Positions 38,683-49,711 of a stretch of DNA of 64,000 nucleotides are shown here, in pieces (the first letter of the stretch is position 1; each line of letters starts with the position of its first letter). The notes under the pieces are model-generated. The model was not told the origin of the DNA. It did no database searches and saw only the letters and a program-made list of their open reading frames with translations. The DNA comes from Ignavibacteriota bacterium (GTDB lineage Bacteria; Bacteroidota; Ignavibacteria; UBA10030; UBA6906). Made by a program: the position numbers and the translations under genes. The stretch lies in NCBI GenBank assembly GCA_963752915.1, contig CAVVZZ010000006.1, positions 11,166 to 75,165 of the forward strand, read 5' to 3'.

Positions 38683-40678
38683 CTACCGCGCGCTGACAAG
38701 CGTCGTAAATCCAAATTCGTCCAGCGTAAACTTCGCCTGTCCGTCCGAAACACTCACCGTTCGATCATCTTTCATTCCTCGCTTCTGGTCAGTCACGTAG
38801 AGACGGAATTCCTTGACGCTTTCCGGTATTCCACTTAGGACGACCGTCCGCGAAGCACCTTTGTTCACCAAGTCGATCGTGTAGACACTGTCGGCAATGT
38901 CGCCGAAGGCCGCACAACTGACGGCCTCTTTATCGCATCGCGTCGGAAGAATGAACGACCCGGGAACCACCAGCCCGAGCTGCTTCATGTTCCAGAATCG
39001 CTGCGTTGGATGAAGCGGGCCTTCAACTCCGTTAACGCCCCCGCCGGCCAGCAGAGAATAGTCAGCAGTGAGCTGCCACTGCAGGATCGAGCACACATGC
39101 GCGATGTCGCACGCTCGAACGTAAATGTCAATCTCGTCCTGCGCGAACGACGGCTCCAGAAAGACATCCGGGTACTGATGGGCCTGGGCATCCGTCCCTC
39201 CTTCGGCGATCAGGAGCGGAACGTTCAGCTCTTTCGCCGCGTCTGCCCAGGTAGAGAGGGTCCAATTGTCGCACCCACGCCATGCATGGAACGAAATCGC
39301 ACCTATATACTGATGCGTCGCGGGGTCGTCCAGAGCCGGCTGAATGAAATCAATCGTTGTCGCGTCAGAATTGTCGCCGAGAAGCATTTTCGTCGAAAGC
39401 TCCTTCGATGCGAAATAGGCACCGAGCTTCTTGATAAAATCCGCATGCTCCTGGCCAGTCATGCGCACGTTGATGCCCAGATCCGACTCGTTAAAGGAAA
39501 AGAGGTCCGGCTGGACACCGTAGGCCTCCTTTAGATAAACGAAATACTCTCCGATGGACTTGATGACGCTCCTCATTTTTCGCGGGTTGAGCGGGTTACC
39601 GAAAATTCCGTTGTCGTTCCTGAAATTCGGTTCTCCGGAAATCGCCCAGACCGGCGGATACCACACGCTGACAATGATAGGAATGTGTCGCCGGGCAAGT
39701 TTTTGTGTCATCTCCATCGCACTCCGCACGCTGGGATCCAGCTTCCCTGCCCTTGCGGCTTCCAGAGGATTCGTGCTTTCGATTGAGTGCCAGCTTCGCC
39801 AGGGCATCTCCACCCGCGCCCATCGGACGTTGAGATTGTTCAGGCAATAATCGATGATCACCGGGTCGAGCTTTCCGTTCTGAATGCGGAAATTCCCGCC
39901 GAGACCGTCGAATTCCCTGCCAGGTCTCTCCGCGTCGATTGCGATGTGGACGGGCTTCCGGTCAATTTCGCCTGAGACCTTGATCAAAAAGGACTTCTCA
40001 GAGGTCTGACCGTTCGTGTCCCGCCCCGGCATGAGCCGGAGATACAATTGAGGGTTCGGATTGCCAAAACGGGGATTCCCTTTTTGAAGAATGAACTCCA
40101 CCGGCTGTTCCGATCGCACTTCCAGCTTTTGTTGGGAGGACTCGACGCGAAACCCCTTTACCGAGGCCTGGATAAGGAAGCTTCTCATCGGGAATCCGGC
40201 AGGCATCCTGCCGAACCTCTTCGGGAACAACGCGACAGGCTCCATCGTTGACGCAGTCGAATCGATCAACGTGATGTCCGCATCCGGGTACTCCTCAACC
40301 GGGAGCTCGAAGCAGAGGAAGACACCAGTCAATGTTGTGTCCTCAACCGCCGTCGTCTTGACGTCTATCCCCGCTCTTCCGTTTCCCGTATCGTTCACTG
40401 TCACCCGTAAAAAGGAACTTCGAGAGTTCCGTCGTGACGATTTGCCTGTTCCCTACCCGCCTGTAGGTCGGACGTTGATGTTCCTTCTCCGATCGCATCA
40501 CTTCCGCCATGGAGGGCCCAATCAGACAAATACTTGTCGGTACCTTCATGAGTTGACCATCGATCCGAATCCCGCTCATATTGCCCCAGGCTGCCAGCTC
40601 GGCCTGAGCAAAAGACTTCTCCGTTAGCGCACCGAACACCAGGAATGTCATTGCAAACAAAGAGAAGAGAGCTTTCAC
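38683..40678 (-). pseudogene. Clan GH-A glycoside hydrolase (GH30-like), frameshifted near 40405
   Basis: Signal-peptide frame (GTG 40678, KALFSLF...) changes frame into VTVNDTG...FDGLGGN, SFNESD, IAEGG; may be an assembly error. Confidence 0.7.
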
Positions 40679-40758
40679 GTTGGTATTCTCGTTTTGATGG
40701 AGTATTGCAGTGAAGTCGAAATGGGGGAAAATGCTTTGCTGTAAAACGGCATTCGTTC

Positions 40759-41745
40759 TCAAGGCGCGAACACGTCTGTGATGAGGCTGTCGGCGTCAAT
40801 CCCGTATCGTTCCGCGAATTGCTGCTGGCCACCTGAGCGTTCGAGGCCGTACATTGCCTCCAGTGTTCGAAGAAGGTTCACATGGGTTACCCCTTTGCCT
40901 TCGTCGAATTCCCCGTGCCGGACGCGCGCGCCGGCAAGGAGTGTTGGAATTCTGTTCTTGATATCCCGGCGAGGGCTCGCGGGATCGGTGAGACCGATAT
41001 ACGCCGTCGAATCCGCATTCTCATCGAATGTCACGATCAGGAGGCTGTTGTGCGTTTTTGCCCACTCGTAATATGGGCCGATGTTCTTTGCCAGCCACGC
41101 ATCGCCGTTCCTGACGCTCATCGCGATGTCCTTCGGCGGATCATGCATGTCGTTGACGAGGTTCGGCACAACGATGGCGACTGTGGGAAGCTGAGAAAAG
41201 TCCTGAGGAAATTGCGCGAACTGGAGGTTGCAGCAGGAGTCGACAGAACTTCCATTCGGGATGTTTCCGAAACTGATCCACGGTACGTGCTTCCTCGCAT
41301 AATTCCCGGATCGATTGATCGCACTTCCGATCTCCGGAAGATCTTCTGCGTAACCGCGAAAGGTACGACCATTCTTCAGGAGCTGCGCCGCGAGGTTGCT
41401 CGAGAGGAAGGGATAGCTCGGGGAGTTTTTCGCGTCAGGAATCACGTCTTGAAAGCCGACTCCTTGGTTGCTTCCCGAAAAGAGCCAGAAGTAGTTCCCT
41501 TCGCTATTGTGTTCCTCGGCAAACATCTGGGTCAGTGTTGCCCCCTGCGCGGCAAGCTCACCATTGATGTACGGCGCAGATGCATTCCCGATAACCTGCT
41601 CGTAATACTTGTTCTCTTCGATCACGATCACAACATGATCGTACACCGGTAGGTTCGACGGCCAGACGCGGGCCGGGGGATTCACAACCTTCTCATTCTG
41701 ACATGCAAGCAATACGAGAGAAGAACAGAGCAGAAGAGCTCTCAT
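40759..41745 (-). CDS. Phosphoesterase/acid phosphatase family lipoprotein
   Basis: LLAC lipobox, HVVIVIEEN, YARKHVPW, NDMHD, VTFDE. Confidence 0.88.
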   Translation of the reverse strand: MRALLLCSSLVLLACQNEKVVNPPARVWPSNLPVYDHVVIVIEENKYYEQVIGNASAPYINGELAAQGATLTQMFAEEHNSEGNYFWLFSGSNQGVGFQDVIPDAKNSPSYPFLSSNLAAQLLKNGRTFRGYAEDLPEIGSAINRSGNYARKHVPWISFGNIPNGSSVDSCCNLQFAQFPQDFSQLPTVAIVVPNLVNDMHDPPKDIAMSVRNGDAWLAKNIGPYYEWAKTHNSLLIVTFDENADSTAYIGLTDPASPRRDIKNRIPTLLAGARVRHGEFDEGKGVTHVNLLRTLEAMYGLERSGGQQQFAERYGIDADSLITDVFAP

Positions 41746-41973
41746 AGCATCAACTCCGCTTGATGTTGAACGATCAATGATTGCACTGACCCGGAAGGCG
41801 GTACAAACCTGAAGGTCATAATGTATTCGTGAAAGGAGGAAGAATCAAGGGGGGATGCCCAACCCGCGGGGTGAGGAAGCGACACCGGTTGGGGAACGCC
41901 GGAAGAACGGCATATGTTAGAGTCTTTCAAGGCCTGTGAGCTGTCCCTGTCGATCTGTGCGAGGAAGGTCTCT

Positions 41974-43509
41974 ATGAAGCTCCCCCTCTCTGTCATTGCT
42001 CTTGCCACCGCAACTCTGGGCCCGGACTTCCTCTTCGTCCTGACTTGCTCTTGGGCAGCCCCGCTATCACCTCCTGCTTCAGGCGATCTCCGAGGGATTT
42101 ATGTCGACAGCCGGATCAGCAATCTGACGAGAAAGGACTCCATCGCCCTCGCCCAATCGATGACCGTTCCTGGTGTGGACGGATTCACGATGGTCGCAGG
42201 CTGGAAATATCTCGAACCTGCGAAGGGAATATTCTCCTGGGCTGCATTTGATGCATGGATGAAGACCGCCGTTTCCGCAGGAAAGAAGATCGAACTCTCG
42301 ATTCCAGCAATGTATGATACTCCGTCGTGGCTCTTCCTTCCTTCGCCCGACGGCGCAGGCCTCGTCCCGTTGGATTTTTCGTACACTCGCAGACCGATGG
42401 ACACAACATGCCTCGCGGATACTCTTGCAGCCCCCTGGGATGTCGGCTTTCTCGCTCTCTGGGATGCAATGTTGGATTCCGTTTCCGAGCACCTCAAGAG
42501 CACCGGGATGTACGATGCCGTTGTTCTGCTGAGGCTGACAGGTATCAACAAGGATTCCGACGAATTGCATTTGCCTTCTGAAACATCCGGCCCACCCTGC
42601 TCCACAAACAACGTAGCCATCTGGCAGGCAGCCGGATATCGCCCTTCCAGAATCCTCGTCGCATGGGATTCTATCACTACTTCGTTCAAGCGATACTTTC
42701 CCGATAAATCATTCAGCGTCGCGATTATTGCGATCGCAGATCCTTTTCCTGCGATTGATGACAATGACTCTATTATAACAGGCACGGTTCCGAATCAGAA
42801 TTTCCCGCTTCTCCAGCTCGCAGCCCGGAAATTCCCCGGTCATCTGGTGATCCAGAATAACACGCTCTATCCAAACATCTCCGCTCAACCCGAAACCATC
42901 GCTTCCGCCGAGAGCCTGAAAACGATGATTGCATTTCAGACCAACCAGGATATTGCATTCCCGACGGGAAAAGGAGCCGCGTGCGGTGGACGGAACGATA
43001 CGACGGTGTGTACTGACTCCACCTACCTGAACGAACTCCAAACCGGCATTTACCCCAAGGGCCCGGGTGACCGCCTGCGAGCGCAGTATATCGAGGTCTT
43101 CGCTCCGAACGTTAATGCACTACCCGAAATTATCCTTCAGGCACATAATGAATTGGTCGCACCGACGACATCGGTTGTCGGACAATCACAACCGACTGTA
43201 CCCGGCCGATTTGCTCTCCGCCAGAATTACCCCAATCCCTTCAATCCGTCGACGATGATTCAATACACAATAGCGGGAACCAGGGGTTACCTGCCCGCCG
43301 GTCAGGCGGGGGGAACTGGGGACAGCGAAGTACGGCTGATTGTCTATGATATGCTCGGTCGGGAGGTGGCAATTCTCGTAGACAAATCACAGGTTCCCGG
43401 GACGTATGGTGTCAGGTTCGATGGTGCAAATCTTGCAAGCGGTATCTATACATATCGGCTGACTGCGGGGAACTTCGTTGCAGCGCGCTCAATGCTGCTA
43501 TTGAAATGA
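41974..43509 (+). CDS. Putative TIM-barrel glycoside hydrolase (GH42/beta-galactosidase-like) with T9SS CTD
   Basis: WKYLEPAKGIFSW, TPSWL, APWD; NYPNPFNP CTD. Confidence 0.7.
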   Translation: MKLPLSVIALATATLGPDFLFVLTCSWAAPLSPPASGDLRGIYVDSRISNLTRKDSIALAQSMTVPGVDGFTMVAGWKYLEPAKGIFSWAAFDAWMKTAVSAGKKIELSIPAMYDTPSWLFLPSPDGAGLVPLDFSYTRRPMDTTCLADTLAAPWDVGFLALWDAMLDSVSEHLKSTGMYDAVVLLRLTGINKDSDELHLPSETSGPPCSTNNVAIWQAAGYRPSRILVAWDSITTSFKRYFPDKSFSVAIIAIADPFPAIDDNDSIITGTVPNQNFPLLQLAARKFPGHLVIQNNTLYPNISAQPETIASAESLKTMIAFQTNQDIAFPTGKGAACGGRNDTTVCTDSTYLNELQTGIYPKGPGDRLRAQYIEVFAPNVNALPEIILQAHNELVAPTTSVVGQSQPTVPGRFALRQNYPNPFNPSTMIQYTIAGTRGYLPAGQAGGTGDSEVRLIVYDMLGREVAILVDKSQVPGTYGVRFDGANLASGIYTYRLTAGNFVAARSMLLLK

Positions 43510-43707
43510 CTCAATGAGGACCCCGCCATCGCTTTCTTCCTACTTCCTACGTCATACGTCCTACTCCAGGCATATCACAGCTGGTGTCCGGCAGCTTCGC
43601 TGTCCCTTTCCCTGCCCACTGTTCGTCATCAATGCATAGGATGACACAACCACCCGGTCATGAGCGACTGAGATTCCTGTATCATTCACACAACAGTGAG
43701 GCACGTC

Positions 43708-44112
43708 ATGGCAAAAACCATCGTTCAAACCGTGAAATTCAATGCAAAGCCGGAGGTGCTCTATTCTCTTTATGCCGATTCGAAAAAGCATACGGCGGCC
43801 ATCGGCGTGAAGTCAGAAATGAACATGAAGGTCGGTGGGAAATGGCGGGCCTATGACGGGGATCTGTTCGGGACGACCCTCGCAGTGGTTCGCAATCGGG
43901 TGATCGTCCAGACCTGGAGAGGGAATGATTGGAAGGCGGATCAGCCGGATTCTCTCTTTACGCTCTTCTTCGAAAAGGACGGGAAAGGCGGAAAGTTGAC
44001 AATGGTCCACGCGAATATTCCGGACGATCAGTATGAAGGGATCAAGACCGGCTGGACGACATACTACTGGACTCCGTGGAAGAAATACCTTGCAAAAAGA
44101 AAAGCTCAATAG
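43708..44112 (+). CDS. SRPBCC/AHSA1 domain protein
   Basis: IVQTWR, LTMVHANIP, GWTTYYW. Confidence 0.88.
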   Translation: MAKTIVQTVKFNAKPEVLYSLYADSKKHTAAIGVKSEMNMKVGGKWRAYDGDLFGTTLAVVRNRVIVQTWRGNDWKADQPDSLFTLFFEKDGKGGKLTMVHANIPDDQYEGIKTGWTTYYWTPWKKYLAKRKAQ

Positions 44113-44199
44113 CCGATAGTCAATGGATCCGTCCCGCCCATGGCGGGACGAGACCTCGTCTCGAACTCCGTTCGAGACGGGAAATAGTCAATAGTCAAC
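44108..44199. repeat. Two hairpins embedded in an AATAGTC-type 7-bp array
   Basis: AATAGCC GATAGTC...CGTCCCGCC-CAT-GGCGGGACG...CGTCTCGAAC-TCC-GTTCGAGACG...AATAGTC AATAGTC. Confidence 0.7.
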
Positions 44200-44228
44200 C
44201 GTACTATTCACCTAATGCAGAGGCAATC

Positions 44229-44717
44229 ATGACGGAAAAAGAGATGTTCCTGAACACTTGGCAACGGGAGTTCGGCACCACTATGAAGGTTCTGAAGCAG
44301 ATGCCCCCCGAAAAGGCAGACTTCAGACCCGAAGCCCCGAAAGCGAGAAGCGCGAAGGAGATCGCCGCGGTGTTCATCCAGGAGCTTGGCCTTGTCGATG
44401 GCGTCGTGAAAGGAAAGATCGAGTTCGGCGCAACGCCCCCTGCATTCCCGGCGTACGGAGATTTCCTGAAAGCGTACGAGGCGAAGTTCAAGGAGTGTGA
44501 ATCCAAAGTGCGCGGGATGTCGGAGAGCGATTTTAACTCAACCATCACCACTGCGGTCGGACCCAAACAGATGGCCGATGTCAGAAAGGCGGACATGCTC
44601 TGGATGACCCTGCACGACAACATCCACCATCGCGGCCAGTTCTCCATCTATCTTCGACTGGTGGGTGCGAAGGTTCCTTCAATCTACGGTCCTTCCGCCG
44701 ACGAGCCCTGGATGTAG
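44229..44717 (+). CDS. DinB family protein
   Basis: HDNIHHRGQFSIYLRLVGAKVPSIYGPSADE. Confidence 0.92.
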   Translation: MTEKEMFLNTWQREFGTTMKVLKQMPPEKADFRPEAPKARSAKEIAAVFIQELGLVDGVVKGKIEFGATPPAFPAYGDFLKAYEAKFKECESKVRGMSESDFNSTITTAVGPKQMADVRKADMLWMTLHDNIHHRGQFSIYLRLVGAKVPSIYGPSADEPWM

Positions 44718-44734
44718 CCCGTCTAAAACACGTG

Positions 44735-44766
44735 GGCCCCTGTTCGTGCGTAGACGAGCAGGGGCC
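44735..44766 (+). terminator. Stem-loop after DinB-family gene
   Basis: GGCCCCTGTTCGT...ACGAGCAGGGGCC; weak U-tract. Confidence 0.55.
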
Positions 44767-44806
44767 ATACTGTTTCTAAGCGTGAGTCGAGGAAGGTCCG
44801 GACGGC

Positions 44807-44989
44807 TTACTTCCCCGTACCGAAGATCGTCCACGCCCTTTCCACAAAGAACGGGAAATCATCTTCGACACCAAGGTTCCGAGCGTATTGCATCCGCGCC
44901 AGAACAGCCTTGAGAAATTCCGTATGGGTCTTTGACCTCATTGCAACTTTGTCGAGCTTGAGAATCTTAATATAGTCCGGAGTGATCAT
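44807..44989 (-). CDS. Small hypothetical protein (60 aa)
   Basis: MITPDYIKILKLD...; protein-like composition, no motif recognised. Confidence 0.4.
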   Translation of the reverse strand: MITPDYIKILKLDKVAMRSKTHTEFLKAVLARMQYARNLGVEDDFPFFVERAWTIFGTGK

Positions 44990-45308
44990 TGCATTGCCTT
45001 CATCATATTCCCGAAACGCCCTGAATAGCTCGTATGAAAGGATGCAACAATCGTGCTCAAGCACAATCAAACTGCGGAATAAATGACTTTGGTTCGCGAT
45101 ATTTGTTGAATCTTCCCCCCGAAGCCCGAAAATACCTCTCGATTCGCACAAACACCCGCTCACTCAACAGGTGTCAACATCAGTTCCCGCCAAGACACTC
45201 ATGCTCTTTTTGCAGAGCCAATCGGTCAATTCGCACCCCGAGGTGTGTACTTTTGGACAGCTGGGTGATTTTTTTCGCCTTCGCCTCTTCCCCGATTCCT
45301 GTTCCCTG

Positions 45309-45553
45309 TTACCTGATCACAAGCATCGCCTTCGTTGCCGAGACGTTACCCGCTGTGAGCCTATAGAAATACACCCCACTCGCCAACCTCGTCCCGTCCA
45401 TTTTTACTTCGTACGTGCCCGCGGCCTGCTTTTCGTTGACAAGCTGCGCAACTACCCGCCCGAGAACATCATGGACCACAAGCCGTACGTTCCTGTTCCC
45501 TGTCCCCTGCTATCGTATATCGAATGATCGTCGACGGATTAAACGGCCGCATA
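45309..45553 (-). pseudogene. Orphan, frameshifted T9SS CTD remnant
   Basis: PFNPSTIIRYTIAG, then a frame change inside the heptamer run to VRLVVHDVLGRVVAQLVNEKQAAGTY...LASGVYFYRLTAG...KAMLVIR*. Confidence 0.85.
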
Positions 45554-45741
45554 TAAAGCTCATGAGGAACGTTTCCCCACGATGGCGTATGAGCATATAA
45601 CGCAAAACCGGTTCGACCAATCACCCGTCCGGGATTCCCTGGCTTCACCATGGTAACAACCCGATCACCCGGGATGGTTATGGCAGTGTCGTCGGCATCG
45701 ACAGCTTGGGCGAATACATTAACCTGGATTCACGGTGTAAC

Positions 45742-46476
45742 CTACCTCCGAAGAGCGGCCTTGGAAAGGAGATAGTCGGGAACATTTGCATCGAGTTCCA
45801 CGGAATCCATGTAGAACTCCGTTCCTTCCCCATCCTTAAGAACATCCTTGTAAAGGACCGACTTGGCGAGCCAATGGTGCTGCACAAACATGACATCCCG
45901 CACTTCCATCGTCTTCAGGAGTTTGCCGCTTTTGGCGTAGAGATTCTCCCGTAACGGGATGTACCGCTCCTTGTCCACCCAAGCACGCCGGTGATCGTAC
46001 GCAATGTCCTCCTTTTTCGCTTTCAGATCAAGAATCCAGCATTCGCGTCCTCGCAGCGTGTCCTGTCCTGCAATTGTTGCATTGTAGATGTTCGGCAGGT
46101 GGGGGTCGTCCATCATATCTTCATAGGAAAGATCGGAACCCATCACCGACTGCCGGAGGAGGTGGCCGGAGATCATGATCGTCCGGTCGGTCGAGGGGGA
46201 ATACTCCCACAGCATGTCCTTCAGCTTCAACATTTTTGTCCCCTGCTCACGGGCCGGGGCAAGAAATTCCGTGAAGGATTCATTCGAGCCGCGCTGCCAC
46301 GACTTTGACTGCACCGTTCTCGTCTCCCGTACTCCGTGAATGACCATGCGGGACTCGGCGATCCTCGTCTGTGAAAACATGTTGTCATCGACCTTGCGGA
46401 GGATCTCGTCGCCAGAAGGAGTCTGTTGAATAACAGACGGAAGAATGGCAAGCGCGAAGTACGCACTTCGGATCAT
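45742..46476 (-). CDS. LolA-like outer-membrane lipoprotein-sorting protein
   Basis: FLAPAREQGTKML, MGSDLSYED, GKLLK. Confidence 0.88.
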   Translation of the reverse strand: MIRSAYFALAILPSVIQQTPSGDEILRKVDDNMFSQTRIAESRMVIHGVRETRTVQSKSWQRGSNESFTEFLAPAREQGTKMLKLKDMLWEYSPSTDRTIMISGHLLRQSVMGSDLSYEDMMDDPHLPNIYNATIAGQDTLRGRECWILDLKAKKEDIAYDHRRAWVDKERYIPLRENLYAKSGKLLKTMEVRDVMFVQHHWLAKSVLYKDVLKDGEGTEFYMDSVELDANVPDYLLSKAALRR

Positions 46477-47768
46477 GTTTCAAGCTCCTTGAAGAGTTCT
46501 GCTGTGTGCCGTCGGTATATGCCGATGCCGGAGATCGCGGTCCCCAGGAATGTGGCCAGCAATCCCGGGATGAAGCCGATGACGAACGTGAACGTCGTAA
46601 TCCGGGCCCGGATGATGTTCGGCAGCATCATCGTGCTATCCTTCAGCACCGACCCGATATCGAATCCCTTCACCTGCGCATAGTACGCGACAGCAAGTCC
46701 GATCCCGGTGCCTACCAGAGAACCGGTGAAACCGATAGCCAACGACTCAATGAGGAGCGAACCATAGACGTGAGTCTTGTCCTCTCCGACGGCCAGCCGG
46801 AGACCGATCTCACCGTACCTTCTGAGGCTTCCTGTCAGCCCCGCATTCCAGAGAACAATCGACATTGCGAGAAGGAAAACGCCGATGATGACCCCTGAGA
46901 ACACATCGATATAATTGAGGTAGTCCGACAGGCCGCTCCTGATCCGCAGTGTCTCCATGACCGGAAGGAATTCCGCCCCCTTGGTCTCGTTGAATGCGGG
47001 AGAACCGCGGTGGAGGGCATTGAATGTCGCAGTGACGGCGTTCGCCCGTTCTTCATTGTAGACATCGTCCGGAAAGAACCCCAGGATCTCGCCTGCCCCT
47101 TGTTGCATGTCGAGTGCCTGCTGGATATCGGAGAGATCGGCGATGATCATTCCCTTGTCCATTGCCGAGACGCCGAATCGAATCGTACCGGCGATCGCAA
47201 AGTTCGTCAGACTCATGCTGCCGTACATCGTCGAGCTGATCAGCGTCGCCGTATCTCCCGGTGCGACACCCAGCCGCACGGCGAGTTCCTCGCCGATCAG
47301 GATTTCTCCGCGGTTCCGGGGCAACCGTCCGCGCACGATTGCATCCCCGATATTGAGGACCTTCTTTTCCGGACTCGATGCAGAAAACAAGTCAACGGCA
47401 ATGCCGCTCACCGGCGCCTGTGCCCGTGTTTCACGGTTTGCATCCGGGATGTCGAGCAGCCCACCGAATGTGATGCGCGGAGTCCACCGAAGATCAGGGA
47501 AGTCCCTTCGCAGGCCGGTCAAGAGGGTGTCGATTCCGAGGAGCGCCAGGTCATTCGGGACCTGATCGGCATCTTTCGCGTACGCTCTTGTCATGACAGA
47601 GACATGTCCGGTGGTATAGTGCGCGGTGGACTGAATCATCAGGGACACGGCACCGTTGAGCCATGCCTGAAGAAAGACCGTCAGGAGAACACCGAGAGAC
47701 ACGATCAAGAATGGGAACAACGATCGGGACCTGTCCCTCAAAAGTCCTTTGAGAAGGAAGCGGATCAT
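46473..47768 (-). CDS. FtsX/LolC-like ABC permease
   Basis: N-terminal TM, periplasmic MacB-like domain, RRYGEIGLRLAVG. Confidence 0.9.
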   Translation of the reverse strand: MIRFLLKGLLRDRSRSLFPFLIVSLGVLLTVFLQAWLNGAVSLMIQSTAHYTTGHVSVMTRAYAKDADQVPNDLALLGIDTLLTGLRRDFPDLRWTPRITFGGLLDIPDANRETRAQAPVSGIAVDLFSASSPEKKVLNIGDAIVRGRLPRNRGEILIGEELAVRLGVAPGDTATLISSTMYGSMSLTNFAIAGTIRFGVSAMDKGMIIADLSDIQQALDMQQGAGEILGFFPDDVYNEERANAVTATFNALHRGSPAFNETKGAEFLPVMETLRIRSGLSDYLNYIDVFSGVIIGVFLLAMSIVLWNAGLTGSLRRYGEIGLRLAVGEDKTHVYGSLLIESLAIGFTGSLVGTGIGLAVAYYAQVKGFDIGSVLKDSTMMLPNIIRARITTFTFVIGFIPGLLATFLGTAISGIGIYRRHTAELFKELET

Positions 47769-48950
47769 GAGAATCTCCCCCTCAAAGCGTCAGTCGGCTT
47801 CAGTTTCGCAATCTTCCTTGTCGGAACGAAGCTGACGACCGATGTCACGAAGCAGACGAGAAGCGTCGTCCCGAGAACGAGGGTTGGGGAATAGGCCGGG
47901 AAAAGCTTTTCCCCGATCGCAAATCCAAGAGTGTCCGTCGCATTGGGGAGCAGGAATCCCTGGGTGGCGCAAAAGGCAAGGAGAGGAATGCCGTACAATG
48001 CTGCAACGAAAGCAGCGAGGACGCTGTGCAATGCACCTTCCATCGTGAACAGTTCGATGATGCGTCCTCTCGTCATGCCGAGCGCCATCAACGTCCCCAT
48101 TTCTTTCCTGCGTCGCCAGATTGAGAGCACCTGCGTGTCAAAAATCGCCAGCATTGCAAGGATCAGAAGGAGCAGATACATGATGCTTCCCCCGACGCTT
48201 TTCATGCGGACAAATGTGTGCAGGTCCTTCAGGAGGAATCCCAGATCCTTAAATACCCACCCCGAACCATCGCCGGCGGGGGCAACGCCTGGCTTCACAA
48301 CGACGAGCGTCGCCTGACCGGGCGCCTGGGTGAACTGCTGGAGTCGGTCAAGGGGAATCCAGATCTGTTCATTGTCGATGTCCTGGACATTCGACCGGAA
48401 CACATCAACGATTCTGACATCCCGCGCATCGAATGTGCCATGGACGTCCCGCCATTGGACGGTAATAATATCTCCCTTGTTCAATCCCGCGCTCTTTGCC
48501 ATTCGGCTTCCGATCAGACCCGGCACTCCCCCGGAGGTGTCCTTCAAGAGTGCAGAAGGGATCGAAAGAACATGCTGATCGGGATCGATGCCCTTGAGAA
48601 GAATCGAGCGAAAACGTCCTTGAGGGTAGATGGTTCCCCTTCTGATCAGGATAGCTGTCGGCAGAATCACGGGCCACCAGAGTGCGAAGATGTTCCGGAA
48701 GGGCGCCATGAGCGTCTTCCAGCGAGAGCGGGTCGAACGGATCATAGGCGCTGTGCCAGTATTGACCTCCCCCATAGAGCGCGGCGATTGTCGAATGCTC
48801 GACCTGATCGTTCAATCCATCGTAGAAGCCCTGGAGAAAAATGATCGCAACGAACGAAAACGACAGGGCGAGCACGTTGAGCCAGGTCCGAAGACCGGCG
48901 TGCAGGAGATTCCGTAGCGCCAGTTTTAGCGTAAGCATCGTTTCCCTCAC
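47765..48950 (-). pseudogene. FtsX/LolE-like ABC permease, frameshifted near 48660
   Basis: LALRNLL...RTWL frame changes into AILIRRG...RRKEMGTLMALG frame; may be an assembly error. Confidence 0.8.
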
Positions 48951-49657
48951 GATGAAGAACGTTCTTCGAGACGCTCATCCTTCGAGATTTTTCCATCCAC
49001 AAGCGTCACCTTCCGTCGCAGATACCCGATCACCTTCTCATCATGGGTTGCAAAAACGAATGTGGTTTGGATGTCCCGGTTGAGCTGGACCATCGTGCGC
49101 ATAATGTGGTGAGAGTTTTCTGCATCCAGGTTCGCCGTCGGCTCGTCGGCGAGGACGATTTCCGGCTTTTTGACGACCGCCCGCGCAATCGCAACCCGCT
49201 GACTTTGTCCGCCGGAGAGCTGCGCCGGCCGCGAGTCGGCGCGATCGGCGAGGCCGACCCATGCAAGCGCCTCCTGGACAAGCTGCTTTCGTCGGGCGGC
49301 ATCGATGCCCTGCAGCAGCAATGGAAATTCCACATTCTCGTATACGGTATACACCGGGAGCAGGTTGAAGGTCTGGAAGATGAACCCGATGTGCGCGTTC
49401 CGTAGCCGCGCGGCGTCCTTGTGGGATAGGGATTCGACTTTGCGACCCAGGACCTCAGCACTCCCTTGTGACGGCGCATCCAGCGCGCCCATGATATTGA
49501 GCAGCGTGGTCTTGCCGGATCCGCTCGGACCGACAAGACCCAGGAACTCTCCCTTCGTGACGGAAAGGTTGATCCGATCGAGAGCTTTCAGTTGGGTTTG
49601 CCCGAGCTTATACGTCTTGTCCAGATTCTCGACTTTGATCAGAATGGAATCTTGCAT
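48947..49657 (-). CDS. LolD-like ABC ATP-binding protein
   Basis: GPSGSGKT, LSGGQ, ADEPTANLD, ATHD. Confidence 0.95.
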   Translation of the reverse strand: MQDSILIKVENLDKTYKLGQTQLKALDRINLSVTKGEFLGLVGPSGSGKTTLLNIMGALDAPSQGSAEVLGRKVESLSHKDAARLRNAHIGFIFQTFNLLPVYTVYENVEFPLLLQGIDAARRKQLVQEALAWVGLADRADSRPAQLSGGQSQRVAIARAVVKKPEIVLADEPTANLDAENSHHIMRTMVQLNRDIQTTFVFATHDEKVIGYLRRKVTLVDGKISKDERLEERSSS

Positions 49658-49711
49658 GTGATATCCTGCATTTCTGTAACGTAGTACTCAGGCGACAATG
49701 GCAATAGGAAT

